A stretch of 64,000 nucleotides of DNA from Octopus sinensis (lineage: Eukaryota). The stretch spans positions 22,506,001 to 22,570,000 of the forward strand of contig NC_043003.1 of assembly GCF_006345805.1 (NCBI RefSeq), read 5' to 3'. The position numbers and the translations under genes were made by a program. Shown in pieces: positions 39,175 through 53,400 of this stretch (position 1 is its first letter; each line of letters begins with the position of its first letter). The notes below the pieces were generated by a model. That model was given only the letters and a program-made list of their open reading frames with translations. It made no database searches and was not told where the DNA came from.

Positions 39175-39213
<39 letters not shown>

Positions 39214-40196
39214 TATATATATCTCATACATTGGAATGTAGTGTAGAAAAGAAACACATGCAATATGGTTCTAATGCCTTGCCAATTGATATTTAGTGAA
39301 TAAAAATGAAAACAGTTCTATGTAAGAACTGAATCCGGATAATCACAAATTTAAAATTACCATCACCACACCGCTGCTTCACCATCTTTTGCTAAAAACA
39401 ATTTTATTTTCCAAATTTTTTTTAGTATATTATTTTTCATTTATTTACTTTTAAGTTTTATTTATATTTTATTGAAAATTTGTTTGTTTTGTTTTTTCTT
39501 TGCAAATTTAATTAATTTTTTTTTTTCACATTTAAATTTAATTTTTAATATGGTTTTAAAAATAATGTGTTTAGGTTGGTGTACCGAGAGTATCAGAAGA
39601 GTAGATATTTTAAGAGAATATCAAGAAATATCTAAATCAAAATGCTAAGACTAATGGTGCCAAAGCATTGTCACAAGCCAACTGGGTGGAACCAGTAAAA
39701 GAGTAAAAGCATTCTTCATGTTGAGAAAAAAAAAATACACACACACATGCATGCATGCATACACGCAAAACGAATATAATCAAGTAATGAAATTTCTCTT
39801 TCAGATAACATTTCTCTCTCAGTTCATTAAAAGTTATTGATCTCACAGAAAAGCAGTAGAAGCAATAAAAATCTTGCCTTTTATGAAACCCTAGGGAACC
39901 ACCCATGGTGGAAGCTAGTCTTTGCTGTTTTTTGTCTTTATTTAAGTGAATGCCTCTTCCAGCTCCTCCACTGGTCAACTTAACAACCATCACATTATAC
40001 TGGGCTCTAACTGCTTAAGAAAAAAATGTATGCTGCACTATTTCTATGTTATGGTGTATGATTACACTTTGATAGACTGTGTTGGTGAGAAGTCATTAGC
40101 TTGACCATCTACATTAATTTTGCTTCCTCTTCCTCCTCCACATCACCTCCATAATCAACATATTGGCACAAATATGCTAACCAATATTTTTTTTTT

Positions 40197-40428
40197 ATTT
40201 CTTTACTACCCACAAGGGGCTACACACAAACGGATCAAACAAGGACAGACAAAGGGATTAAGTCGATTATATCGACCCCAGTGCATAACTGGTACTTAAT
40301 TTATCGACCCCGAAAAGATGAAAGGCAAAGTTGACCTCGGCAGAATTTGAACTCCGAATGTAACGGCAGACGAAATACCACTATGCATTTCGCCCAGCAT
40401 ACTAACGTTTCTGCCAGCTTGCCGCCTT
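40197..40428 (-). mobile_element. Family A SINE, CpG-eroded
   Basis: Reverse complement of family A with several CpG to TpG/CpA changes. Confidence 0.82.
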
Positions 40429-40807
40429 CATATGCTAACCAATATGTTAACATATTGGCACCAATATGTTAATCATAATTTCTCTGGCTTATTGTCACTG
40501 TCTATGTTAGAATGAACGGGCCAGATCACTTCTTTAGCAGGATTTCTTCCTCTGAAGAGTTCTCCCACTGTCTGCTCACCATAAAGCAAATTTCCACTTA
40601 CTATAGACCCTAGTCTAATCCATTGACTTTCAGAAATGAACTGAATGGCTACTGGGGCAGTCTACAGTTGACACCTGGAAAGTCATTGAGCTCATTGGGT
40701 CAGTGAGGTCACTGCTGAAGAAAGTTTTTATAGATAGCGTACTGACTTCCCAGACACTGATAGCCTGATGCCTCTTATAATCAGTACTTACTGATCATTC
40801 TGATAAG

Positions 40808-40937
40808 AAAAGAACTCCTGAATTTGTTGGTAGGGTCCAGGCCATGATTGACAGCGATACCTTCCAAGCCAGTCAAATCCATCGCCAGGGACATGGGAGT
40901 GTCTGGGTTTCTTATCAAGCAGGTATTGCATGAAAAC
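40808..40937 (+). pseudogene. Tc1/mariner transposase HTH fragment
   Basis: KRTPEFVGRVQAMIDSD/PSKPVKSIARDMGVSGFLIKQVLHEN, with one frameshift. Confidence 0.7.
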
Positions 40938-41375
40938 TATAATCAGTAATTTATAAGCAGGAACTTCAAATTACTGTGGCCACCAGGCAAGGTTATTCAG
41001 CAGCATTGTTTCACAGTACTTTGAACAGTATAGTATTAATAAACTTATATCAGTACTGTCCCTCTGGAGAGCAATTGAAAGATCGAGAGGGGCATTGAAG
41101 AAAACAATGGGGGTGCTAATGGAGTGGACAAAAGAGGGCAATTGTTATAAAAACAACAAAATAATGGGTTAGCTAGGTTAAGTTTTATTTGTGAAATACA
41201 GTTGTTTTGAATTTGTTGCAGAACGAGGTCTATGTTTGTGATGAGTGAGGGTGGAGGCTGAGGAGGCAGGGGCGCTAGGAATGTGGCATGGGTGCCAAAG
41301 GAGTGGCAGACCAAAAATATTTGGGAACTACTGATTTATGCTAATTCATTTGTATTTCATTTTCCTTATTTTCAG

Positions 41376-41485
41376 GTAAATTTAATATTGTTTTATCTAA
41401 AGGTGACCATCCCTACTTCACAAAAATCAATAATCTGGAAAGGCTTTGGAATCAAAGGTTCTGGAAAATCGATGTTGTATTGGTA
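41376..41485 (+). CDS. Alternative candidate exon of an unidentified gene (plus strand)
   Basis: ctaat..tttcattttccttattttcag| xKFNIVLSKGDHPYFTKINNLERLWNQRFWKIDVVL |gtatat; no homology recognised. Confidence 0.3.
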
Positions 41486-41527
41486 TATTAAATTCCTTTT
41501 GTTTTCTATTTGATTTTGTGGACATAC

Positions 41528-41627
41528 TTGTTACAATGTTGTATTGAAGTGAATGTATTGGCTAACCTCATGTAAAAATGCTCAAAATATGTAGCCCTAA
41601 CTTCAGTTCTATCAGCCACCTCTTGGA
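41528..41627 (-). CDS. Candidate exon of an unidentified gene
   Basis: (T)14aatttactgtctccag| open frame xQEVADRTEVRATYFEHFYMRLANTFTSIQHCN |gtatgt; no homology recognised. Confidence 0.3.
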
Positions 41628-43269
41628 CTGGAGACAGTAAATTAAAAAAAAAAAAAAATCCTGACCTTTTGGGCAATAGATCAACACAGAAATAACTTGG
41701 CAAAAATTTACAATGCTTTTGTTGCTATAGATAGAAATTCTTGGGGGCTTGAGAAATAGCTGCAAAAATTCTCATACAAATGGCATGGTCAAGTTGATGA
41801 CCTTGAATAATTTAACACATTTTAAGACTTTGCCACTAAGCAAACATTACAATAGTCTGAAAATATCAACAAATACAAGCAGTGGCAGTAACAGCAGCAT
41901 TAGCAGTAGCAGCAGTAGCAGCAGCAGCAGTAGCAGCAGCAGCAAAAGATTAACAAAGTGATGTGAAAGAAAAATATATGCTGACAAAGTGTGTATGTTT
42001 GTGTGTGTGTGTATGTGTGTGTGTAATGTTTAGATGTTATTCTGTGAGTTTGAATGTGTGTGTGAGTGAGTGTGTGTGTGGATGTGTATGCATATGTATA
42101 TTTGTTGCATGTGTGTGAGTGTGTGTGTTTGGCTATGTATGTATGTGTATGAGCGCGTGTATATATCTATGTGTGTGCACATGTGTATGTGTGTTTGTGT
42201 TTGTGTGTGTGGGGAGGGGGCATGCATATGTATGTTTGTTGCATGTGTGTGAGTGTGTGTGTTTGGCTGTATATATGTGTGTATGAGCATGTGTATATAT
42301 CTATGTGTGTGCACATTTGTATGTGTGTTTGTGTGTGTGTGTGTATTCAGAAAAGAGTAGAAAAGAGGCACACAAAGGGTGTTGGAGAAATATATGTGAA
42401 ATATAATTTTTTTTTAGAGGTGAGTGGCAGTAAAAAGGAAATTAATATATTTTGAGACATCAAAGAGAAATAATTTAACAAGAAAGACTCATTAATTTAT
42501 AGTGTATATCATCATCAGCATCATCACCATCATCTTAATCCTCATCATCACTTGTATACAATATCATTATTATCATGATAATCATCATGAATTAAATTTG
42601 TTATCATTATTATTATATTATTATTATTATATGTAAACCCCCCCCCCCCTCCACTCTTTATGTCTGTCTCTGTATTGTCTCTCTCAACCTTCGCCCTAGT
42701 GGCAAATAAAGGAAATTATTATTACACTTACTATTATCATTATCATTATTATTATTAATATATTTTGCTTCATCATCGTATTTCTATTCTAGTGACAGTT
42801 AGCCAACCCACACATATATATGTGTATATGTGTGTGTGTGAGTGTGTATGTATATAATATACACAATTATAATATATATATATATATATAAGGAGTGAGA
42901 GAGAGAGGGAGAGAGCAAAAAGGAAAGAGATGTAGTGGCATTGTCTTTGGGGTTTTGTATTTATATGTTATTTGCATCTCTTTTTATCATTTCCAGTTAA
43001 ATCTATTATCGTGGGGGATAAGTTCTGTTTTCAATCTTCACATTTCTCAGTAACTCTAGTTTGTATTTGAATTTTCTTCTCATATCTTTTGGAGTTGTAG
43101 TGTCATTTGTTGGAATTGATATGTATGTTATCATCATCATCATTATTATTATTTTTCTCTGAGTTTATCCTATTGGGGTTGATAAAATAAGTACCAGTTG
43201 AACACAGGAGTCGATGTAATCAGTTTATCCCCTCCCCCAAAATTGCTGGCTTTGTGCCCGAATTTGAAA

Positions 43270-43316
<47 letters not shown>

Positions 43317-43529
43317 GGTGGAATTTGAGAAATGGACAAAATATGCCTTGTGGTATTACTTTTGATATTTTTTAGATGTTCTGAGTTCAAATCTTGCTGA
43401 GGCCAACTTTGTATTTCAGCCTCCCAGGGTCAATTAAAGAGAATATTGGCTTAAACTCTTCTTCTAAATATTATTGATGTTGTGCTTAAGTTGGAAACTA
43501 TAATTATTATTCCTCATATCATTATTATT

Positions 43530-44960
43530 AAACCAGTGCAGGCTTTTTCAGTAAGCTGGGATGTTATCTTGAGGTTTGATGGCAACAAATCTCAAGAGTC
43601 TTTCTTAGGATTCCTGCAGAATACAGCAGTGTACTTTTCTGCAGGTTGACAATGCGAGTCTGAACTCAAATATCTTTCAATCCCCTAAGTAAGCATTACG
43701 ATTCTGGTTGTGGATAAAAAAGAATGTGGGAACAAATTTAGCAATTTTTGGTAAAATATGTACCCTTTTGCCATGTTATAACAAAAAGTTAGTGAAATAT
43801 TTAAAATGCTTACAGCTGGATAGATAGACAAATATAACAAAATAATTTGACAAAAAAATGTGAATTTTTAATTATTTTCTGAGATTTTACAAAAACAACA
43901 AAAATATAAAAAAAAAAATTATTTTTAGAATCGAACTCATAATCTTTCAATCCCCTGAGTAGCATTTTGGATGTTGTGCCAGGTGCACCAATTACCATAG
44001 GAATAATTGGAATCTTAGTCTTCCACATTCTCTTCTGCCCTCTGGCTAGACCTTGATATTTCGCACTTTTTTCCAATTTCTTCAATACTGACTCTGATAT
44101 CATGGGGAACTGCAAAGTCTATGAGCATATTCCATTTGTTTATTTTGTCTTCTGTAATCATATCTGGTCTTCATGTTTCAAAATTACAGTCAGTCTTCAA
44201 GGGGAAATCTCATAAAATGCTGTGATTATTCTCTTTTACAGCCTCTGAAAAAAGAAGGTAAAGTTACCTTCTTGAGTCCCACCAGCTCATAAGAGTTTGT
44301 TTCCCAGTTTCATGGCATATATATTTCCTGCCTGGATGGGATGTCGGTCCATTGCAGGATTACACAATTTTGCCAGCTGTGTGGACTGGAGCAATGTGAA
44401 ATGAAGTGTTTTGCTCAAGAACACAACACATGACTCGGTCCAAGAATCGAAACCATAATCTTATGATCATGACTCCAACACCCTAACCACTAAGCCATCT
44501 GCCTCCACTATTACAGCCTCTGGTTTGTGTTTATTCCACATGTCTGCAGCTTTGAACCCAGACACTCGGTTAACATCCCAATACACACTTTTACCTACAT
44601 AGCCACACTTGCACTTATACTCTGTTTGTGCTAGCTTGCTGAATCCACTCAAGTGATGATGAATATTTTCCTTTCCTTTTCCACAGATTCTGCAATTGCT
44701 CTCTGACTAAGTTTTATCAAACTTTGTCTTTATCAAAGTCATTCTGATTGTTTGCTCCTGAGTGACTATAATTAACAATTTGGTGTCTCGCTTCAGGTTT
44801 CCATCTGTCAGCTATATCCAGCATTCTTTTCTTCCAGTACTCTTGGCTTGTTGCGTGAATTAGCTTTGATAATTCCTCCTCTTTCCAGCTACATGTTCTG
44901 TTGTTCTTCCTTCTGTCCTACTGTTTCAATTAATTTTGGCACATCTCTCACCACCAATAC
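43530..44960 (-). pseudogene. Decayed RLE-type (R2/R4-like) LINE C-terminus: zinc knuckle and restriction-like endonuclease
   Basis: CRICGKGKENIHH.LSG..SKLAQTEYK..VYWD..KHKPEAV..IL*DFP..RPDM..IDFAVP..EKSAKYQGLAR..IPMVIGAPG..LQKSTLL..ILRKTL. Confidence 0.85.
44248..44510 (-). mobile_element. Family B-like SINE nested in the LINE, 12-bp TSD
   Basis: TTACAGCCTCTG at 44236-44247 and 44511-44522. Confidence 0.85.
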
Positions 44961-45480
44961 TATTCTTTCTCTGCTATGCAAAACATAATTTTTCATCATC
45001 ATCATTGTCATTACTATTATTATTTGGCACAGATTAGAGAATAGGACAAAATACTTTGAGATATTTAGTTATCACGCTTGGCTTTCAGAGTTCCCACCAG
45101 TCTGGTTTAAACTTTGTTTTTCTTTCTTACTCCAGGTCTCTGTGAAATAAGCACCAGTCAAGTAGTGGCATCAATGAATTAAGAACTCAGTATATGAGTT
45201 GTACAAATTTTATCAACTCTGGAAAGATGAAAAGTAAAGTTAGCCTTACTGGGATTTTAACTCAGAAAATCAAGGAAGGATATATAAGTGCCGATCAATT
45301 GCATCAACAACAGTGCTTGACTGTTAATTATTTTAAAAACCCCAAAAGGATGAGCAGAAAATTTTACCTCAGTGGAATTTGAGCTCAGAACCTAAAGATG
45401 GAAGAAATGTCATAAAGCATTTTGTCTCGTGTGCTAACGATAAAGCAACAACAACAATGCTATCAGCAACAAAAATATAA

Positions 45481-45530
<50 letters not shown>

Positions 45531-46122
45531 ATAATAATAATAATAATAATAATAATAGTAATAATAAAAATAATAATCATTTCAAATTTTAGCACAAGGC
45601 CTGAAATTTTGGGGGCAGGGCTAGTCAATTTCATTGACCCCTGTGCTCAATTGGTACTTATTTTATTGACCCCGAAATGATGAAAAGCTAAGTTGACCAT
45701 GGCAGAATTTGAACTCAGAATGTAATGACATGAAATGCTGCTAAGCGTTTCGCCTGGCATGCTAACGTTTCTCCTAGCTCACCACTTTCTTAAGAATAAT
45801 AATGATATTAATGAAGATGATGATGATGATGATGTTGATGATGATGAAGATTCGCTTTAACTTGGTACAAAGCTAGGAGATTTGAGGAGAGGGGAAGTTG
45901 ATTACATCTACAGTAGACTTGTGAAGTTGCTAAGAGCATTGGGCCAAAACACTTCATGGTATTTGTTCCAGCACTTTATATTTTGCATACACAGTGATGG
46001 TTGGAAAAAAAAAGAAAGAAAACATTTGCCTGTATCTAAGTAACAACATGATATCTTGAATAAAAAACAAAAAACAATTATAAATCATGGAAAACCTTTC
46101 TATGGTCTCATGAAAAAAATAC

Positions 46123-46265
46123 GACAAACATGTTTGTTAAACACATTTGTCAAACAAATGGGCTCTTCAATCAACCTGATGGCATATAAAAAAAAAGACA
46201 AGAGTACTGATTGTAGCCCCTGGTCAAGTGGGGTTGTTCTCAATAGATAACTGTTGGTGATTTGA
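46123..46265 (-). CDS. Candidate exon of an unidentified gene
   Basis: ttcttctatgttttag| QITNSYLLRTTPLDQGLQSVLLSFFLYAIRLIEEPICLTNVFNKHVC; the donor is uncertain. Confidence 0.28.
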
Positions 46266-46833
46266 CTAAAACATAGAAGAAAACTCTGTAACTTGCCTCT
46301 GGTGGTTAAGACAATTTGAGATTAGTAGAGTGGGGTGGGTTCTGCAATTGGCCCTCAGTGGTAGTGCTTTGTCATAAATATTTTATTTCTTTCATATTTT
46401 ATGCTTTTATTATTTTTCCCATGCTTATTTTCATCAACAGCTGAAGTAGCAATTGCAAACTGTTATACTAAGAAAAATACAAAGCAGAAAAACAAACTCA
46501 TCTTTGTAATAATAATCTCTTATTGGTGTTGAGGAAATAAAGAAATCATCATCTTTATCATCATCATCATCGTCATCGTCATCGTCATCATCATCATCAT
46601 CATATTTATCGTCATCAGCATCATCATCTACATCGTCATCTACATCATCCACATTGTCATCGTTATCATATTCTTCATTGTCGTTGTCGTCATCATCACC
46701 ATTATCATCATCATCACCACCATCATTACTGCCACCACCATCATCATTATTGTTATTTTAATACTTTTTATCATTTTTATTATAGCTGTTATCATTTTTA
46801 TTATTATTGTTATTATCATTATTATTATTGTTG

Positions 46834-46891
<58 letters not shown>

Positions 46892-47203
46892 ATTTATCCT
46901 TATTATTATTATTATTATGCACCCACCTCTGCATCTATGCCCCTGTGGCTGATAAAAGAAATTATTATTATTGTTATTATTATCAACATCATTATTATTA
47001 TTGTTATTAGTGTTTATGGAGATGACCATGACAGTTAAGTGCCCAACATTATGCCCAATATCACTTATTATTCCTTCTCAAGGGTATAATTGCATTAAGT
47101 GGGAGTGATATAACTTCAATGGAAAAGAGATTTAAAGGCCTGCTCTCTCTTCTGACTCACCAGGAGTATTAACTGATATGGTACAACAAGAGTAGTAATA
47201 GTA

Positions 47204-47260
<57 letters not shown>

Positions 47261-47427
47261 AGGATGTAAAGTCAAGCTGGCCTGGCTAGATGTCAGTTAA
47301 AGCTGAAATGATTGTGGTTACAATATTAATGAAAAAGAAGAGGAGGAGGAAGAAGAGGAGGGGGGTGAAATGTGGTAGTGAGAAGTAAATTACAGGTGAA
47401 ACAGAAACAAAAGGTGAAAATAGTAAT

Positions 47428-47519
47428 GGCAAAGGTAAAGAATATGCACATCTGGTGTTTAGGGTTAGGGTTTTTGTTGTACCAAAAAATGGGTGGTGTG
47501 CATATTCTTTACCTCTGCC
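47428..47519. repeat. 92-bp inverted-repeat element (23-bp arms, 1 mismatch) with internal TTAGGG x2
   Basis: GGCAAAGGTAAAGAATATGCACA ... TGTGCATATTCTTTACCTCTGCC. Confidence 0.8.
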
Positions 47520-48592
47520 GTAGTAATAATAATAATAATGATAATAATAATAATATAATAATAATAATAATCATAATCATTTCTGCTATAGGCCAGCAAT
47601 TTTGGAGGAAGGGGGGCTAAAACAATGCGAAGCGCATTGTGACCAGCAATGTGTAGCAACATCTGATAGCCTGGTTGGTCACATGATCACGTGACATATG
47701 AATGTATGTATGTGTGTATATATATATATGTGTGTGTGTATCTGTCACACATATATATATATATAAATAAATAAATACATAATATATGTATATATGTACA
47801 TATACACACACGCATATATATATATATACACAAACACATATACATACACACATACATATATACACACACACACACACATATATATATATGCTCACACATG
47901 TTTATATATATAAATACACATTATCAAAAACAACACATCACCAAAGTAATACATGTACAAGAGTGTTAAGTTACAGCATGCATGTAAGCTTTTGAAGAAA
48001 GTCCACTGAAAATTTTAAGAAAACATAAATGTCATGAAATTTACATAGAATCTTAAGTAACACAGCTGTCAGCACCATCACAATTACCAGCAGCAGTGGC
48101 CGCAGTAGCAGCAGCATCACCACCTCCATAACCACCTGTACCACCACCACCACCATTATCAATGTTGAAGTTAGTGAACAAAAAAGGGACCATTAATCTG
48201 GTTACTTGATTTACAGGGAATAAAAATGCAACCAAATTTTCTAACAATTGTATTTTATAAATAATTATCTGAATGAAATTTTTTGTCGATATATATCTCG
48301 AGGATTTGCTTCTGTTTGTGCAAATATACATACATGCATATATATATATATATGAATATACAGATATATATGCATACATATACATACACACACACGCACA
48401 CATTATATATATGTATGTATATATATATATGTATGTATACATATATGTATGCCTCTGTTTTGCTTCTGCTTGTTTTGATTATGTGCATACATACGTACAT
48501 ACATACATACATATATAGAAATATGTATAAATATTTGTGTATTTTGTGTATATTTATACATGTATGTGGGAGTGTGTGTATCTATATCTATC

Positions 48593-48654
<62 letters not shown>

Positions 48655-48668
48655 ATATATATTTATAT

Positions 48669-48707
<39 letters not shown>

Positions 48708-48809
48708 AATACATACATATAGTTATATATATTTACCAAAACAATGCAAAAACCCAAAGAAGCACCATGGGCAATTTCCAACTCTTACAAAGACAAATTG
48801 AAGTTTTAC

Positions 48810-48896
48810 AGAAACAACTCATCAACAAGTTTCCAAGAAAGTGTATCCTCATATACACAGACATCCCAGTTTTTCAATTCAGTTATTTGATCTGCT
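48810..48896 (-). CDS. Candidate exon of an unidentified gene
   Basis: gaatttttag| ADQITELKNWDVCVYEDTLSWKLVDELF(L) |gtaaaa; phase-compatible with 46265. Confidence 0.28.
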
Positions 48897-49053
48897 CTAA
48901 AAATTCGTAGTAAAAATGAATTAATTCAACTTCTAATTAGCAATTTGGAACTTTAAAAAAAGCCAGCAATAAATATGTTAGGCTGTAGGGTATGCAATGA
49001 AGATGGAATGAAACAGAACAGCCAACAGTGAAAAGGAAATTCCCACAAATGAA

Positions 49054-49115
<62 letters not shown>

Positions 49116-49347
49116 TTACTTGGAAGAGGATGCGCGGTGTTCAATCATAAAATAATATAAAGAATATACATATATACATATATGCATATATACATATATA
49201 ACATACGTATAAGTACATGCTTATATCTATACATATTCATATATGCTTATGTGGGAACAGGACTGTACAACAAAAAAGTACAAACCATGAGTACATAAAA
49301 CATGAACTATTATTTCATATATATATGCCTATATGTATATAAGTATA

Positions 49348-49389
<42 letters not shown>

Positions 49390-49529
49390 TATATATATGT
49401 ATATATAAATGTAATGTGTATAGGTATAAGTATATATATATGTATATATAAATGTAATGTGTATAGGTATAAGTATATATATGTATATATGTATATGTCT
49501 ATATATATATATATACATATATGTATGTA

Positions 49530-49578
<49 letters not shown>

Positions 49579-49879
49579 CATACATACAAGAGAGATTCTG
49601 ACTGTTTGTTTAGTTTACTCTTTTAGTCTTTTACTTATTTCAGTCATTTGACTGTGGCCATGCTAGAGCACCACCTTTAGTCAAGCAAACTGACCCCAGG
49701 ACTTATTCTTCGTAAGTCTAATACTTATTCTATTGGTCACTTTTGCTGAACTGCTAGGTTCAGCAAAATTAATGTAAATGGTTCAGGGGGAGCTATTATG
49801 GTTTTCCTAAAGATAAAGGATTGAAATTCTGTCACTTTCTTTCTCTGGCAAAATTAAAGTACCCAGTTCAAGGGAAGCT

Positions 49880-50262
49880 GTTATGCTATTGCCTAATTTG
49901 TCACAGCAAAAGTTATGCAATGGTACAACACTAATTGTGCACAAACTTATGAGGAACTGCGTTGAAGCCAATATTCTCACTGGTTGTGGTAAAGGTGACA
50001 CCGTCTTCATTCCTTGCATACCAGTTATACCATCTAATGTTCCATTCCAATTTAAGCCGTTACAGTTTCCTATCTCACTTTCTTTTGCCTTGAGCATTAA
50101 TAAAAGTCAGGGCCAAGCACTAAAATTTAATGGATTGCAACTTGAATAATTGTGCTTTTCATATGGCCAACTCTATGTAGTAGTATCATGTCTGGGTGCA
50201 AAAGCAAATCTTTTTGCTTATGCACTCCGAAATAAAATAAAAAACATTGTTTATAAAGAAGT
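49880..50262 (+). pseudogene. Second Helitron PIF1-type helicase C-terminal remnant
   Basis: MLLPNLSQQKLCNGTTLIV..GKGDTVFIPCIPVIPS..LQFPISLSFALSINKSQGQ..GQLYV..NIVYKEV. Confidence 0.9.
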
Positions 50263-50640
50263 ATTCACTCTTAATGCAACATGAATACTTCAATGACTTA
50301 ATTTGGCATTGTTATTATTACATTCAAGAATGAATAAATTACCTATTTAAATGAACTCTATTATATAATTGCCATTACGGTATTGATAAGTAAAATAACA
50401 CATACAACTCACTTATTACTATCATATAATAAACAAACACTAGTTCATGTATGAAATTGATTTTCTTTCTACTTGAATCATTACATATTTTTCTCTTATA
50501 AAAATACACACATACGTGAGGAGTAAATACAATAATACTTTGAATGTGGCTCCTGGGAAACAGTAAAAGTTAGTACCCAATCAACGATGGGTACTACTGC
50601 TAATATATACATCCATATTTATATATGCAAATATAAATAA

Positions 50641-50683
<43 letters not shown>

Positions 50684-50765
50684 CATGTGTGCAAGTATAA
50701 ACACATTGTATATGGGTATGTGGTCTTATGTTTTTGTATTCATTTATCTACATCTTTGTATGTAT

Positions 50766-50862
<97 letters not shown>

Positions 50863-51075
50863 GTATATGGCTGCAGTCAAATGATCGAAACGAATAAAAA
50901 ATACATACATGTAGACACAAAATGTGTGTGAGTGTGTGTATCTCTAGTGGAGAACAATGATAAAGAAAACAGAGCAGGATAACTTCATGAGCCATCAGAA
51001 TTATTTATTTGATGCTCAGAGGAATGGCTAGAGTTTCTATGTATGTGTGCATGCATGTATGTATGCATTCAACCC

Positions 51076-51123
<48 letters not shown>

Positions 51124-51460
51124 GTGCCAGTATTGAAAATGTATTATAAAAACTGCTCGTGATATTATATTATGATAATTTCGATGATGATAGTTAATGA
51201 AAATATTTCAGAAGAAAAATATATGATAATGGAAGTAATAATGATGAAAAAGAGAGTGAAGAGAGAGAGAGAGAGACAGAGAAAGAAATAGAGAGAGAGA
51301 GATAGAGGGAGAGAGTAAATAAGGAGGGGAGTTTGCCAATGTAATCTGCCTGACACTAAAACATCACACTAACACTGAACCGCTACCTACATTTTAGGCT
51401 ACATCATAGTAGGATCATTGAGCCACCTAATCAAATTATATACAGGAACAAATATATATA

Positions 51461-51496
<36 letters not shown>

Positions 51497-52978
51497 TGTA
51501 TGTATGTATGTATATATATATATATATATATATACACATACACACATACATATGTACATACATACATACAAACACATAAATATATATACATATATATATA
51601 TCTGTATATATGTATGCATATATATACAAATATATATAATGTATAAGTGGATAGTATCTCATGGGTGTGGATGTATTTTATTGAAATAAAAATTACTTAG
51701 TTCATTGAAGTAAAATAAAACAATATCAAAAAGCAACTGAGTACATAAATAGAAGGTTTTAATGGTACACTTTAATTGAGGTTAATTGAAAATGAGAAGA
51801 TTGTATCATTGAACCAGAGGTAGTGTCTGGTTGATATCAAAAGAGATGAACTTTCACATGGATAAATCAATCATTCAGTCAACCAAATTCAATTTCAGAG
51901 ACACTGCTGGGTGTCTCTAGGATGAAAAATGCATGTGAAAAGAAATAGTAGAGAGAACCAATGCATACTCAGCTCACTGTCCAGTAAAAATGTATATTAG
52001 TTTGACCACAAACACATTTAAGGCTAGATATATAACACATCTCCATTTAGTATGTTTCCGAAGTAATTATCTTGTGACATCACATTCAAAATACAATCTT
52101 TGTTTTTGAGTGATGGAAGAGAAAGCAATCTTACAGTATAATGAAATATTATTACAGAAAACAAAAGCATACAATATTTATTGTTGCTGCTGTCATCAAC
52201 TTTCAGTTAAAAAAGCTCAAGATCTTTATTACACAATTGTATTGTGGACAAAGATGATGAAACATTGTCACATAACCTCCTTGTAAAGAAATTTGAACTT
52301 CACTTCTTAAGTGCATGTTCATATAACAATGGAGTTTGAACTGCAAACTGATGAAATCCACAATATACAGCCAAACTGAGACAATAACTTGTGATACGAT
52401 GCATAAAATCAAATTGGAGCATTATTTCCTCATAACAAGTTAAATACTGTAGCTCCCCACCTCTATCAGGGTAAACATGATTTCTTTTGCATGTGGCACA
52501 GAAAGAGCCATGTCTCATACAAAGAATATCTTACCATTAAACTTGGCATATGTACTGTCAATTGTGAGAATCAAATGGATTATTTACCTTAATCGTTAAT
52601 GCATTCCGACAGATTAAGCATTATGCAAATTATACATTAAGAATAAAAAATTTTAACCATTAACCATCAAATCAAGCCATTGAGCCAAAATTCAGTTCTA
52701 CCAACATGTCAAACAAACGCAATTATATCTTATAAAGTAAAAATGATTTACAACAATGTCTGTTTCAATGCATGATTTCATGAGGAATCTTGTAAAATGA
52801 ATTGATATATATACATATATATATATGCATATATATATATATATATACTTATGTATATATATATATATACGTATACATATATATATATATACTTATGTAT
52901 TATATATATATATATATATACGTATACATATATAATATATATATATATTATATATATATATATATATGTATCATATAT

Positions 52979-53009
<31 letters not shown>

Positions 53010-53010
53010 G

Positions 53011-53173
53011 ATATATATTATAAATGTGTGACTGTGTGTTGATGGATAAAGAGATGGATTGCTAGATGGACACATAGATAGAGAGAAGTGAGATAAAATA
53101 TACAATAGTTGTGAATATATATATATATATATATATATATACTTATGTATTATATATATATATATATATACGT

Positions 53174-53250
<77 letters not shown>

Positions 53251-53400
53251 CATATACACACACACCACACACACACACACACATATATATATATAGATAT
53301 ATATTATAAATGTGTGACTGTGTGTTGATGGATAAAGAGATAGATTGCTAGACGGACACATAGAGAGAAGTGAGATAAAATATACAATAGTTGTGAATAT
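53011..53400. repeat. Local tandem duplication (about 290-bp period) including a unique segment of about 100 bp
   Basis: ATAAATGTGTGACTGTGTGTTGATGGATAAAGAGAT...CAATAGTTGTGAAT occurs near 53020 and 53307. Confidence 0.85.

Noticed and set aside
38605-39231. 208-aa I/Y-rich ORF and the many similar ORFs across the window
   Set aside because: Translations of (TA)n, (TACA)n, (CA)n, (TAA)n and (TAG)n microsatellites.
39637-40013. 118-aa minus-strand ORF (VVKLTSGGAGRGIHL) as an ATP-grasp-like exon
   Set aside because: Phase-incompatible with the nearest candidate exon, no clear donor, and only a superficial motif resemblance.
41431-41475. GIKGSGKS Walker-A-like motif in ORF 41283-41513
   Set aside because: A short motif with no surrounding P-loop context; a different frame of the same bases is the better exon candidate.
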